Source: Candidatus Eiseniibacteriota bacterium (GTDB lineage Bacteria > Eisenbacteria > RBG-16-71-46 > JABDJR01). From it: a stretch of 64,000 nucleotides of DNA. The stretch is from contig CAVXKA010000001.1 in assembly GCA_963762255.1 (NCBI GenBank), positions 288,001 to 352,000 of the forward strand, given 5' to 3'. Shown one piece after another: positions 1 to 17,650 of this stretch; within the stretch, counting starts at the first letter, position 1; every line of letters starts with the position of its first letter. The notes below the pieces were generated by a model, which saw only the letters and a program-made list of their open reading frames with translations, did not search any database and was not told where the DNA came from. The position numbers and the translations under genes are program-made.

Positions 1-3000
1 CGTACAGGCTCTTGATCACCTTCATGTTCAGGTTGCGCACGTTCTGCGTCGGTAGTTGAACGCGAAGGAGGTGCTGTTGTTGTTCAGCGGCACGACCGGC
101 GAATCGCCGGACGCGTTGAATGCGAATCGCGTAGCTGATGATGTTCGGGCGCGCCCAACGCAAAGTCCGCGTCGGCCAGGTTGTCCGAGCCCTTGGTCAC
201 CGCGGAGTTCCGGTCCTTGTTCCCGAAGACCCCGTCGTTGGCCGTCAGATCGTCGAGGGTCAGGTTGAGATCCTTGGGCTTGGAAGCCGCCGGGGTGCCC
301 TTGTACTTGGCAATGGCGGTCGGATCGCTGAACCCGGCCACGTAGATGTATCCACCGTAGGTCAGGTCGGACATCAACTTGCCGGCATCGACATCGATCA
401 CGACCGCGCTGGCGTCCACGATGCCGTCTTCGTCGTCGTCCGACGCCGCGGTGTAGGTCTCGACTTCGCTCGCGTCGTCGATGACGCCGTTGCCGTCGTC
501 GTCCACGCCGTTCGTGTCCGACTCGTCGATGTTGAACCAGATGTAGCCGCCGCTAATCCCGTTGATACGGAAGAAAGCGTCGTTGTCGTTGTCGATGCGG
601 TCGTTGAGACGATGCACGCCGTTGGCGTTGCCGAGGACATCGGCGTTGCCGTCGGCCTCGATGGCGTTGGCCACCTCGGGATCGAGGAGGTCGGCAAAGC
701 CGTCGTTGTCGTCGTCACCGTTCGTCACGCCGAGGACGTTCCGGATGCCCGGATACCCGTCGGCGTTGGCGTCCCCGGTCGGGTCGAAGTTCAACCACTG
801 GAAGTCGGCGTTGTTCGAGGTGTTGGGCGTCGCATCGATCTGCAGGGCGACGAAGATTACGTCGTCGTCCGACAGGGTCGAGTCGGCCAGGTTGAAGAAC
901 GGCGCCACTTCGCCGGCGGGGAGCTTATAGACATGGTCCCCGGGCTCGATGATGTTCGCGGCCCCGGAGCTCGTCCAGGTGCTCTCGCGAGCCAGGAACG
1001 AGATCTCGGAAACCGTGGGGGCCTGGCTGTCCTCGGTGCCGAGGAAGGACTCATCGTCCACCAGCCGGTGCTCCATGCTCCACGACGGAACGTGGGCGTG
1101 CAGCGGCATCGGATAGCTGGCCGCCTTCCCCTCGGTGATCTTGTTGATGAAGTCGGCGTAGACGGTCGAGGCGGTGCCGCTGTCCCAAGCCGCGTTGTAG
1201 TTGCGGTTCGAGCGAACGGCGTTGTCCTCGACGGTCAGCACGACCGGGACATCCTCGAGGACCGCGAAGTTGTCGACGCCCTCCGGATCCGCCACGAGCT
1301 TGGTCGCGTCAAGGTAGTACCCGATCAGCAGGTACCGACTGTTCTCGTCGACGTCGTTGCAGTCGAGGTTCGCATCTCCACCTGTGTAGATCTTGTCGCC
1401 GTTGCGGTCCAGGAACGTCTCGCCCTGGTCCCACCCTGCGTTTCCGTTCTCGTTCACGTAGGGCTCGGGGTAGTCCTTGACCCCGTCGGCGTCGGTGTCG
1501 ATCCAGTCGTTGTCGTCGTCCACCATGTTGGCGCCGAGCGAGGTCAGGAGAACGGAGTCGGCGCCGGTGGTCGTGACGTAGCCGGTCAGGTCCGCCCAGA
1601 TGTAGAGCAGGTTGTTGACCGCGTTGTTGTTGACGACGGAGATCACACCGTTGGTCCCGTCGGAGATCGCCACGGTGGGATCGTAGACCCGGCTCTCGAC
1701 CCGCAGCGTGTCGCCACCGGAGTAGATCCGATCGGCGTTCGTAGGATCGAACGCGTTGGCGATCCGCTCCAGGCCGTTGTCGTTGATGATCGGCGTCGAG
1801 TAGAACGACTCGACCTCCAGCACGCCCGTCCCCTGCGTGCTCACGAAGTAGAGCACGTTGTAGGAGGTGTTGATGGGGTTGAGGGCGATCGGGCCGAAGG
1901 AGCCGTCGACGCCGGGCGTGTGGTCGATCAGGCCCGACCCCAGCCAGATGTACCCGCCGTCGCCGTCACTCTGGCCGACGACACCGTCGCCGTCCGTGTC
2001 GGCATAGACGCGTACCGAGTCCGCGTCGACCGGGGCCGAGCCCGGGTCGCCGCCGGCGAAGTGCAGGCCGGGACCCACTGAGGGATGCTGGACGCCGAAG
2101 ATGTGGATCATGTCGTCGTCCACACCGTCGACGAAGTCGACCGGCCGAGACAGCGGACCTGCTACCAGCCGCCCGAGCGGAGTGAGGTCCGACGGGTCGT
2201 AGTTACCCTCGAGGTCCACCACCACGGCGGCGAAGATACACATTGTCGCCAAGGGCAAGCGTCTCGCCCTTGGTGTCGGTGTCGCCGGCGTTGATGAGGT
2301 AGGTAGCGATCAGATCGCTGTCGAGGGCGAGCAGCATCGGATTGGTCAGCGCCTCGGCGAACTCGACGTTGTCCGTTACGTACTGCGCATCCACCGGGAG
2401 GCTGCGGCGCGCATAGAAGAGGACATAGGTCGCATCGTCGACGCCGGTCTCGTCGTAGCCGACGAAAGCCGTATCGTTGCTGTCATGGGTGAGACCTGGG
2501 TCAGCGGCCAAGATCAGCTTCCGAGGCGGCGAGAAGTCGCGAATCCACGAGTTCTGCGTGCTCGGAGTGGCATTGGTGCCGCTGGCGTAGGTGATCGAAA
2601 CGGAATTCAGGAAGATCCGGTCGCCCTGAGTCCACGCCTCGGAAAGATCGGAGATCTGAACCTGCGGACCGGTCCCAGGGAGGGTGACCGTGATACCGGC
2701 CGGGTTCATTCCCTTCATACCGAAGTTGGCGGCACCGGGAGCGGCCGAGAAGTCGACGTCGAACCAGACGTTGATGCGGTCGTCGGTCAGATCGTCGGTG
2801 CCGCTATCCCGGTAGTTGGCCAGGATGATGATGGGCGACGCCACGACGGTGACCGTGGCCCCGGCCTGGGTCTGGTTACCCTGGTAGTCCAGGATGACGG
2901 CCGGTGTCGAGGTCGAGACCGTCTGGCCGACGGGGCTCCCGCCGCCGATGCCGTCGAGGCGCAGGACGTTGTCGCCGTCATCCGAGCCGATCGCGGTGTA

Positions 3001-4026
3001 GGTGCGCCCTGTGATGGCGAAGACGGCGGCGCCGGGAGCGGCGAACACCCCGCTCTGGATATCGTCGGAGAAGACCAGCGTGATCCGGTTGAGGCTGGCG
3101 TCATAGCCCGCCTGCAAGAGGATCGGCCCTTCGTTCTGGGTGATTTCCCAGCGCAACGAAGTGCTGGGCTGGACCGGGCTGGTGGCGGTGCCGCTGCGGC
3201 GACCGCTCAGCACGCCGGCACCGGTCAGGCGGAGCGAGGTGATGCCCTCGCGGATCTTGCCCTGGTCGGTGTCGTTGTTGAAGGTGATGTCCACGAACCG
3301 GTTGTTGACCGCGAACCCGTTGATGACGGGGTTAACACCCGTGGTCGCAAGCTCGGGCGCGGTGAAGTAGGTGCGGGCGTTGGCGCCGGCGGCGATGGCG
3401 GTCGTGATCTGGTGGGTGAAGTACACCCGCATCACATCACCGACCGTCGTGTTCATGCCGTCTTCGGTGCCGTTGGTCACCACAACCCGGGTGATCGCGG
3501 GGCCCGTGGTCACCTTGATTCGGGAGGCGTCCGTCCAACCCAGGTGGTCCTTCGGGTTGCGCAGCGCCACCTTGTCGGTCGTGGTGAGCGCCGTCGCAAG
3601 TCCCGGATTCGGGACGGTGCCGTTGAGGCCGGTCACCGCGATGACGTTCTTGTACATGTTCAGCGTCGGCGCGTCCGCGTCAGCCTCATGCTGGGCAAAG
3701 GAGAGGTTGCTGATGGTGATCGGCGGGTTCGCGCCGCGGAAGATCAGAAGGTCATCCGCGGTGAAACTACCGGGCGCCACGGCCTCGTTGAAAACGAGCC
3801 AGAGGACGTCGTCCGCCGTTCCGGCCGCAGGACCGGCCCAATAGACCGCGTCCGTCAGCGCGGGCAGTTGCCTGGTGGGGAGCGCATCCGGACGCTTGTT
3901 CGTTCCGGTGAGCCCCAGCTTCTCAATCGGCGGAGCCGGCGCCGCGCCCGTGAACGTCGCGAGGCCGAAGGCCACCGCAACCGCCACGAGAGCAAACGCC
4001 ATCGTGAGCCTTACTCTCCAACTCAT
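1..4026 (-). CDS. Giant secreted surface protein (>1300 aa, truncated at the window edge) with Ig-like repeats and Asp-rich Ca-binding-type motifs; frameshifts near 2238 and 50-150
   Basis: ATG at 4026 after AAGGAGG; signal peptide MSWRVRLTMAFALVAVAVAFGLATFTGA. ORFs 2203-4176 and 84-2258 join through a small indel (GDNVY then FAAVVVDLEGN). Repeated strands LWLVFNEAV/MRVYFTHQI/ITLVFSDDI/INVWFDVDF; motifs DTDGDG, DTDADG, NGVDDDGNGVIDD, DDDEDGIVD. Confidence 0.75.
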
Positions 4027-4526
4027 TCCAGCACCCTCCTTCTTGGACACCTGACCGGCGCTCAGCTTCATGCTTCTTCCGAAACCCAGAAGATGAGTCA
4101 TTGTTCTCCGCTTTCCCGGTTTCATCCGTTGCACTCGGACCTCCCTCCGGCTGAACGCAGGCGTTGACGCATACATTCCGTCAAAACCGTCTTCGAGCTG
4201 TTCGAACCAAGGTCTTTCTTCATGTTCCTACAAACGCAAAAAAGGAATCAGCGCATAGCTCTCTTCCATCGCTATTGGCGCTGTCCGTCCACTCCAGGCC
4301 GACACGATTCCGAAAGTAACGCAGATCCCTTTTTGATCGAGGCGAGTCTGCCGTCTGTCTCTACTTCGGTCAAGTCGCTTTGCGTGCCGTTACCCTCCGC
4401 CCTCGAAGATCGCGTAAGCGCTCCGAGGAGCGGCGCCGCGATCACAGGTCCGGCCTGTTACTCACCTCCGTAAGTCGAGTGAACTAAACGGTCTTCCTCA
4501 TGAAAACCGCAAGCACAAGCGCCGGC

Positions 4527-4556
4527 AATGTCCCACACCCTGTTTTGGACTGTCAA
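4527..4556 (-). promoter_or_regulatory. Possible sigma70 promoter upstream of the giant protein gene
   Basis: Minus strand TTGACA, 18 nt, GACATT. Perfect -35 box, weak -10 box. Confidence 0.35.
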
Positions 4557-4871
4557 CACAAAACGGGCCGCTTGGGCCTGGTGGTAAGGAAGGCGGGACC
4601 GGACACGTTTCGGCACGTGCCGAGAATATGACCGGCTGCATCAGGATGGACCTGTGCACAACCCTCCTTGTGCTGAGTAGTCCTATGTGACCAGTTCGGA
4701 TTTCCCCCCCCAGGGGAAGTGCGGAACGGTCGGCTTCAGGGTGCCGGAACACTTCGCGAACCGCATCGCGGCTCACGAGCCTACGGTTTCGGCACCCCGA
4801 CCGGGGAAGTTGAGCCCGATCGCTCGGCACGTCAAGAAGAAAAATGAAACAAAGGTGCTCTGCTGAAAAAG

Positions 4872-5939
4872 CTACACGCTGAATCGGATATTGAGAACGT
4901 CCCCGTCGCCCACAACGTAGTCCTTTCCCTCCAGCCGCAGCAGGCTCGCAGCCTTGGCTTCCGCGAGCCCTTTCGCATCCAGAAGTTCTTTCCATCCAAC
5001 GACTTCGGCGCGGATGAAGCCGCGTTCCAGGTCGCTGTGGATCTTGCCTGCGGCCTGGGCCGCCCGGGTCCCGGAGGTGATGGTCCAGGCCCGCACCTCG
5101 TCCTCCCCCACGGTGAAAAAAGATTGCAGGCCCAGAAGGAAATAGGTGGTGCGAATCACCCGATCGAGTCCCGACTCGCCGATGCCGAGGAGTTCCATGA
5201 ACTCCGCCGCCTCGGTTTCCGTGAGATCGGCGATCTCCATCTCCGCGCGGCCGCAGATTTCCACCGCGGCGGCGCCCGGACGCGCGGCAAACGCCTCGGC
5301 GAGTCCCGCGCCGCGCGCGCGATCTTCGTCCACGTTGAACACCACGAGCAGCGGCTTCGCCGTCACCAACTGAAAGCCGCGCAGCGCGCGCTCCTCCTCC
5401 ACGGCCAGGTTCATCTCGCGCATGGGCGTGCCCGCTTCCAGGCTTGCATAGCATCGCTCCAATAGCGGGAGTTCCTCGGCGTCCTGCTTCGCGCCCACCT
5501 GCTTCCCCTTGCGTAGCTTCTGGAGCTGCGCGTCGAGCACCGCCATGTCCTTGAGGATGAGCTCGTCGAGGAAATCTCCGAGATCGCGCATCGGGTCCAC
5601 GGTGCCTCGCGGGTGGGGCACCGAGGCGTTCTCGAAGGCGCGCACGACCACGAGGATGAGGTCGGAGATCGTGATCTGCTGGGGGAGCAGGGCGTCGGCT
5701 TTCTCCTTGCCGCCGGCGGGCCCGGCGAGGTCCACATATTCAATACGAGCCGGCGTGTACTTCTTGGGATGGAAGAGATCGCGCAAGCTCTCGAGCCGCG
5801 CGTCCGGCACCTGGACCGCCCCGATGTTGACACCACCCGAAGCAGAGGCGAACGCTCCCGTGGGCGCGTGCGCCCGGGCCAGGATGTTGAAGAGCGTGGT
5901 CTTTCCGCTCTGCGGATGGCCGAGTATTCCGGTTCTCAA
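4872..5939 (-). CDS. ychF: Redox-regulated ATPase YchF (Obg family)
   Basis: GHPQSGKTT P-loop, VPDARL, DLAG, FFTVGEDEVRAW, AGKIHSDLERGFIRAEV, RLEGKDYVVGDGD. Confidence 0.95.
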   Translation of the reverse strand: MRTGILGHPQSGKTTLFNILARAHAPTGAFASASGGVNIGAVQVPDARLESLRDLFHPKKYTPARIEYVDLAGPAGGKEKADALLPQQITISDLILVVVRAFENASVPHPRGTVDPMRDLGDFLDELILKDMAVLDAQLQKLRKGKQVGAKQDAEELPLLERCYASLEAGTPMREMNLAVEEERALRGFQLVTAKPLLVVFNVDEDRARGAGLAEAFAARPGAAAVEICGRAEMEIADLTETEAAEFMELLGIGESGLDRVIRTTYFLLGLQSFFTVGEDEVRAWTITSGTRAAQAAGKIHSDLERGFIRAEVVGWKELLDAKGLAEAKAASLLRLEGKDYVVGDGDVLNIRFSV

Positions 5940-5963
5940 ACGCGGTCCTCCGGGACGAAGGGG

Positions 5964-6039
5964 TGGTGAGCCGTGCTGGAATCGAACCAGCGACCCTCTG
6001 CTTAAAAGGCAGATGCTCTACCGACTGAGCTAACGGCTC
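5964..6039 (-). tRNA. tRNA-Lys (TTT)
   Basis: GAGCCGTTAGCTCAGTCGGTAGAGCATCTGCC-TTTTAA-GCAGAGGGTCGCTGGTTCGATTCCAGCACGGCTCACCA; 76 nt with encoded CCA. Confidence 0.97.
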
Positions 6040-6076
6040 GAAACGTGATGCGGGGCGCGGACCGTCCGCACCGCTT

Positions 6077-7351
6077 TCATGAACGCCGGGCGTCCACGGT
6101 CTGCTCGCGCGCCTGCCCCACCGAGACGAGACCCACCGGCACGTCGGCGATCTCCTCGATGCGGCGAAGGAACCGCCGCGCGGTCGCTGGCAAGTCCTCC
6201 ATGCGCCGCGCAGCGGCCAGATCCTCGGTCCAGCCCTCCAATTCCTCGTACACCGGCGTCGCGCGCTCCAGAGCGCTCACCCGCGCCGGGAACTCGGTCA
6301 GGAGGTCGTCGCCCACACGATACGCCACGGCGATCCGGACCCGGTCCTGGCCGGTGAGAACATCCAGTTTGGTCACGGCCAGGATGTCGAGCCCGTTCAC
6401 CCGGGCGGCATAGCGCAAGGCGACGCCGTCAAGCCATCCGCAGCGGCGCGGGCGGCCCGTGGTCGCGCCGAACTCCGCTCCCTGGTCGCGCAGGAGACTT
6501 CCCGCCTCGTCGTGCAGCTCGGTGGGGAACGGCCCGAGGCCCACCCGAGTCGTGTAGGCCTTGGTTACCCCGATGACCTCGTCCACCCGGCGCGGGGCCA
6601 GCCCGGTGCCGGTACATGCGCCTCCCGCGGCCGCACTCGAGGACGTCACGAACGGATAGGTGCCGTGATCCACGTCCAGGAGCGTCCCCTGGGCGCCCTC
6701 CAGAAGAAGCCGCCTTCCTTCACGGGCGGCACGATCGAGGAAGAGCGCGGTGTCACGGGCCAGGGGCTCGAGTCGGCGCCGGTAGGGGCCAAGCTGCTCC
6801 TCGACCGCGTCGGCGTCGATAGCCTCCGGGGGAAGCGCCGGCACGAACCGCTCCCGCCAGGCCCGCTGGCGCGCGAGAGCTTCCCGGAAGCGGTCCCGCT
6901 CCAGGAACTCCCCCACCGTGACCCCGATCCTCGCCATCTTGTCCCGGTAGGCGGGCCCGATGCCCCTCAGCGTGGTCCCCACCGCTCCCGGCCCCTTCTC
7001 TTCCTGCTCTTCGATGGCCCGATGCGCGGGGAGGATGATGTGGGCGCGTTCGCTCACCCAGACGCGATCGGCCCAGGCAACACCCTTGCCGGCGAGGCTA
7101 TCCAGCTCGGAGAAGAACCCCTCCAGGTTGATGACGACGCCGTTTCCCACGACGCAGGTCCGGTCGGGGTGGAGGATGCCGGAGGGGACGAGATGGAGCA
7201 CGGTCGTCTCGCCGTTCACCACCACCGTGTGTCCGGCGTTGGGCCCTCCCTGGTAGCGCACGACAAGGTCGGCCTCGTCGCTCAGAAGATCGACGATCTT
7301 TCCCTTGCCTTCGTCGCCCCATTGGGCCCCGACCACCACGCGAACCGACAT
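6077..7351 (-). CDS. purA: Adenylosuccinate synthetase
   Basis: GAQWGDEGKGK, GGPNAGHT, EGAQG, YPFVTSS, GATTGRPRRCGWLD, TKLDVL. Confidence 0.98.
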   Translation of the reverse strand: MSVRVVVGAQWGDEGKGKIVDLLSDEADLVVRYQGGPNAGHTVVVNGETTVLHLVPSGILHPDRTCVVGNGVVINLEGFFSELDSLAGKGVAWADRVWVSERAHIILPAHRAIEEQEEKGPGAVGTTLRGIGPAYRDKMARIGVTVGEFLERDRFREALARQRAWRERFVPALPPEAIDADAVEEQLGPYRRRLEPLARDTALFLDRAAREGRRLLLEGAQGTLLDVDHGTYPFVTSSSAAAGGACTGTGLAPRRVDEVIGVTKAYTTRVGLGPFPTELHDEAGSLLRDQGAEFGATTGRPRRCGWLDGVALRYAARVNGLDILAVTKLDVLTGQDRVRIAVAYRVGDDLLTEFPARVSALERATPVYEELEGWTEDLAAARRMEDLPATARRFLRRIEEIADVPVGLVSVGQAREQTVDARRS

Positions 7352-7443
7352 TGACAACCCTCTCTGCTAAGTCCCGGAAACCACGATCTCCCAATCTTCG
7401 ACCATGAGCGAAGCAGTATACCGGCCGGGCGGGGCAATCACAC

Positions 7444-7474
7444 AAAAAGGGCTCCGGACCGGAGTCCGGAGCCC
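7444..7474 (-). terminator. Rho-independent terminator of the PEP-CTERM gene
   Basis: GGGCTCCGGAC-N4-GTCCGGAGCCC perfect 11 bp stem followed by TTTTT on the minus strand. Confidence 0.85.
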
Positions 7475-7510
7475 CAATGATTAATTTCGGCCAGGGGGAT
7501 CGAGTCGTCG

Positions 7511-8230
7511 CTACTTCCGGCGACGCTTCGCGCTCATCGCACCCCCACTGAGGAGGCCGAAGCCCAGCAGCAGCAGCGTGGCCGGCTCGGGGACGCCACT
7601 TATAGGGGCCTTCACATCCCCGGTGCCGAATCCGGTGAAGCGAGAGAGATACTCCCCGTCACCGTCCACGCCGGCAAGGTTCGGCGGCTGAAACGTCCCG
7701 TAGTCCGTCACCAGAATGTCAAACCCAAAGTCAACCGGCGCCCCGATCGTGATCCCGAAAGGAAGGGCCTGCCCCTGGATCAACTCGGTCCTGGCGCTGC
7801 CCTTGACCGCGAGTTGGTTTGGGCTCCACGCATACTCAAGAGGAGTGTCGAAATTGAGGGCCAGGATCGTCGAGCCGATGAAAAGGTCGAACCCGAAGCT
7901 CGGGAACGGGCCCACGCTCTTCAGGCCGAAGCCGCCGGCGGCGGGGATGTTGAATACGCCTGGGATGTAGATGTCGGCGTAGATGTTGTTGTAGAAACCG
8001 CCGAGGTGGTTACCACTCGGCATATCGAAGAAGTCCATGGTTGTCAGCGCGTCTGCGAGTGACGTGTCACCGGGCCGGGTGGAGTTGGCGCCGCCGCCGT
8101 CAGAGATGACCCCAGTCGTACCGTCGTACATCAGGTTCAGGCCGGTGAACGAGATCTGGAGCGAGTTCGCGGAAACAGGCCCCGCAACAAGCAGCGCCCC
8201 CACGGCGAGAACGGCCAATACCTTTTTCAT
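7511..8230 (-). CDS. PEP-CTERM (exosortase-sorted) surface protein
   Basis: Signal peptide MKKVLAVLAVGALLVAGPVSA; C-terminal VPEPATLLLLGFGLL-SGGAMSAKRRRK. Confidence 0.93.
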   Translation of the reverse strand: MKKVLAVLAVGALLVAGPVSANSLQISFTGLNLMYDGTTGVISDGGGANSTRPGDTSLADALTTMDFFDMPSGNHLGGFYNNIYADIYIPGVFNIPAAGGFGLKSVGPFPSFGFDLFIGSTILALNFDTPLEYAWSPNQLAVKGSARTELIQGQALPFGITIGAPVDFGFDILVTDYGTFQPPNLAGVDGDGEYLSRFTGFGTGDVKAPISGVPEPATLLLLGFGLLSGGAMSAKRRRK

Positions 8231-8316
8231 TTCAATGACCCCCTTGGCTGTCGTGACGCAAACGTTTCCAATACGCACACCACCACGCTGGGGTGGTGTG
8301 CTCCTGGGGGAGAGTT

Positions 8317-8333
8317 GTGCAGGATCCATGCCC
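8317..8333 (-). promoter_or_regulatory. sigma54 (-24/-12) promoter of the PEP-CTERM gene
   Basis: Minus strand GGGCATGGATCCTGCAC = GG-N10-GC, about 90 nt upstream of the ATG. Confidence 0.65.
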
Positions 8334-8444
8334 GCGGTGCATCCTCTCCTCGCTCTCCAACACAACTGATTATAGGTGATTGGATTCGTGCATTGCAAGC
8401 AACAAGAGAGTTTTCCTTCACTTCGTATCGGATCCGACGCGTCT

Positions 8445-8461
8445 TGTCAAATCCGCCGACA
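8445..8461. promoter_or_regulatory. Enhancer-binding site TGT-N11-ACA (PrsR-type)
   Basis: TGT-CAAATCCGCCG-ACA about 110-130 bp upstream of the sigma54 box; this motif is known from PEP-CTERM regulons. Confidence 0.6.
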
Positions 8462-8649
8462 TCATCGCGAAGTCAGCGTGGAATCCCAAGGGGAGAAAGC
8501 GTTAACGGATGCGGATCGTCAGGGGTTTCTTCGGTCCAGCCACCGCGGGCGCACGACTCAGGATAACTCGCTCAAGCAATAGTGATTAGCGACGGTTTTA
8601 CGGATTTCACGGCGCGTTCCCGTCGGGAAACATAACACTTTCTGTTGGA

Positions 8650-11065
<2,416 letters not shown>

Positions 11066-11071
11066 CGTTGT

Positions 11072-12325
<1,254 letters not shown>

Positions 12326-12378
12326 CCGTTCCTCAAAGAGACCCTTGGTGCCGTCGATGCCGTCTTCCGGTTATCGGC

Positions 12379-12969
<591 letters not shown>

Positions 12970-12974
12970 GAGGG

Positions 12975-14270
12975 CTATTCCTCCACGGGATGGTGGCCGA
13001 CCACGGCCACGGTCACTTGGGCCTTCTCCACCAGTCTATCGAGGACCCGGCGCCGGAACAAATCGTCCCGCAGCCGCTCCAGCGACCCATCCTTCTTCAA
13101 TTTGGCCTTCACCTGAGCCACCTGCTGATTCTCCTGCTGGGCGAACGACTCGAGTTCCTTGTCGAGGTCGGCGTCGGTCACCTCGATCCCCTCCTGCCGC
13201 GCCACCGAATCCATCAGGATGTCGATCCTGTAGTGCTGGCCGATCTGGTCCCGGTAGTGATCCCGCACCTTCGATTCCTCGTCGGGGGGCATGTCCGGGT
13301 GCTCTTCGCGGGCCCGTTCCACGATGCGGGCCACGGCCCCGTCCACCACTCCTTCGGGGAGATCGAACGGGTTGAGTTCCAGGAGCCGGTGTACCAGCTT
13401 GTTCTCCAGGTGCTGCATCGAGTGCATCCGCGCCTCCGCCTCGAGATTGAGCCGGATACGCGACTTGAGATCGTCGAGTCCGACATCCTCGGCACCCAGC
13501 ACCTTGCGGGCGAAGACGTCGTCGAGGGGGAGCCACACCTTTTCCTGCACCTTGGCCACGGTGACGTGGAACGTGCGGGTGCCCCCGGCCAGCTTGTCAT
13601 CGGGATAATCGGGAGGGTACGTGAGCGGAATCCGTTTCATGTCGCCCAGGACCACGCCCAATAGCTCGTTGTTGAAGACCTCCGGGGTGTGGGGGCCGCC
13701 CAATTCCAGCGAGACCTCGGTGGGCTCCTTGTCGGCGGGGGGATCGCCCAGGGCGCTTAGCTCAAGATAGCGGATCACCACGACGTCCCCCTTGTGAGCG
13801 GGGCGGTCCACGTCTTCCAGGTCGGCGTTCTGGTCGCGGAGCCGGTCGAGAACCTTCTGCAGATCCTCCTCGGTCACCTCCGGTTGCTCGCGGGTCAACG
13901 CGAGCCCCTCGTACCCCTCGACTTTGATCTCCGGCATCACCTCGACGGTGGCCGTGAACGCCAGGGGCTGCCCGGACTTGAACATCAGGTTCGAGACCCG
14001 CGGATCCCCGAGAGGTTTGAGTTCGTGGTCGCGGAGCGCTTGATCGATGGCCTCGGGGAGCAGGCGCCGAAGCACCTCTTCCTCGACGTCCTCGCCGAGA
14101 TGCCGCTTGGCGAGCTCCACCGGGACTTTGCCCTTGCGGAATCCGGGGAGCACCAGCCGGCGGCGGTATTCCTCCACCACCCGATCCAGCTCCTCGTTCA
14201 CCACGTCCGGCTCGATTTCGATTTCGAGCACTCGCTTCCAGGCCGGTTCTTCCCTGACGGTCACCTTCAT
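12975..14270 (-). CDS. tig: Trigger factor
   Basis: PGFRKGKVP ribosome-binding signature; tig-clpP-clpX-lon synteny. Confidence 0.95.
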   Translation of the reverse strand: MKVTVREEPAWKRVLEIEIEPDVVNEELDRVVEEYRRRLVLPGFRKGKVPVELAKRHLGEDVEEEVLRRLLPEAIDQALRDHELKPLGDPRVSNLMFKSGQPLAFTATVEVMPEIKVEGYEGLALTREQPEVTEEDLQKVLDRLRDQNADLEDVDRPAHKGDVVVIRYLELSALGDPPADKEPTEVSLELGGPHTPEVFNNELLGVVLGDMKRIPLTYPPDYPDDKLAGGTRTFHVTVAKVQEKVWLPLDDVFARKVLGAEDVGLDDLKSRIRLNLEAEARMHSMQHLENKLVHRLLELNPFDLPEGVVDGAVARIVERAREEHPDMPPDEESKVRDHYRDQIGQHYRIDILMDSVARQEGIEVTDADLDKELESFAQQENQQVAQVKAKLKKDGSLERLRDDLFRRRVLDRLVEKAQVTVAVVGHHPVEE

Positions 14271-14361
14271 GAGCGTGGACTTCTCCTCAGTATGTTTCCG
14301 GGGGATTCATGGCGCGGAACGCCCGGCGCGACGCCGGGCTGCCCGCCCGTTTCATCGGGGC

Positions 14362-14446
<85 letters not shown>

Positions 14447-14510
14447 GCCCACAGGTGTGACGGAGGACCGGCGAGTATACCACCAAAGCCGCGGGTCATC
14501 CGCCGGGGGG

Positions 14511-15574
14511 CTAGCCCCGCACGTGAGCCGCCAGGAGATCCCCGATCTGGCTCGTGGAAAGGCCGCAGTTAGCGGAGAGGCTCGGGATGCGTTTGGCGCG
14601 CAGGTTGGCGGCGATGGCCTCCTCGACCGCGCGCGACGCGTCCTTCTCTCCGATGAAATCGAGCAGGAGCTGAGCCGAGGCGACGGCCGCCACCGGGTTG
14701 GCCACGTTCTTTCCGGCGTACTTGGGTGCCGAGCCGTGGATCGGCTCGAACATGCCGGCCCCGCCGGGGTGGATGTTCGCGCTGGCCGCCGATGCCCATC
14801 CCGCCCTGGATCATCGCGCCGAGGTCGGTGATGATGTCCCCGAACATGTTGCGGCACGACCACCGACGTCGAACCACTCCGGGTTCTTCACCATCCACAT
14901 GCAGGCGGCGTCGATGTAGGCGTGGTCGCGCTCGATGTCGGGGTACTCGGCCCCCACCTCCTCGAAGGTCCGCGTCCAGAGATCCGTGGCCCGCATCGCG
15001 TTGGCCTTGTCGACCAGGGTGAGCTCGCTTGCGCTTGCGCTTGCGCGCGAGATCGAAGGCATAGCGGATCACGCGCTCGTCCCCTTGCGGGTCAGGATCA
15101 TCTCCTGGATGGCGACCTCGTCGGGGGTCCCCTTCTTGAAGAACCCGTCGATGCCGACGTAGAGGTCTTCCGTGTTCTCGCGCACGAAGACCATGTCGAT
15201 GTCGGTCGTCACTTGTCCTTCAGCGGGCAGAGGTGCTCCGCGTAGAGCTTGATCGGACGGAGGTTGATGTAGAGGTCGAGCCCGAAGCGGCACCCCGCCG
15301 ACGATCGCGCGCTCGAGGAGTCCCGTCTCGACCCGCGGATCGCCGATCGCGCCGAGGAGGATGGCGTGGTGCTGGCGGAACTCGTCGAGGGCGGACGGCC
15401 GGCATGAGCTCGCCGGTCTTCAAGATAGTGCTCGGCGCCCCATGGATAGTCGGTGGGCTTGAACTGGAGAACCTCGAACTTGTCGCCCGCGGCACGCAGG
15501 ACCTTGAGAGCCTCCGCCGTCACTTCCGGGCCGATCCCGTCGCCGCCGATGACCGCGATGTTGTAGCTCTTCAC
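14511..15574 (-). CDS. Isocitrate/isopropylmalate dehydrogenase family protein (3-isopropylmalate dehydrogenase-like), multiple frameshifts
   Basis: Fragments in different frames: IAVIGGDGIGPEV, LYINLRPIKL, VRENTEDLY, LVDKANA, YIDAACM, NMFGDIITDL, FEPIHGSAPK, ANPVA. Confidence 0.85.
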
Positions 15575-15629
15575 GTTTGACTCCGTCTTCGCGGCGCTCT
15601 CGCCGCGGTGCAGGGATCCGCGGGCCCGA

Positions 15630-17634
<2,005 letters not shown>

Positions 17635-17650
17635 CGGGACGCTCTCCTGT

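Noticed and set aside
4335-4400. c-di-GMP-I riboswitch (CACGCAAAGC...ACGGCAG on the minus strand)
   Set aside because: The upstream GGCAAA and GNRA-capped P2 stem are missing; only a partial resemblance
4498-4660. Small ORF after AAGGAGG (VHRSILMQP...)
   Set aside because: No recognisable motif, atypical codon use, and it overlaps promoter-like elements
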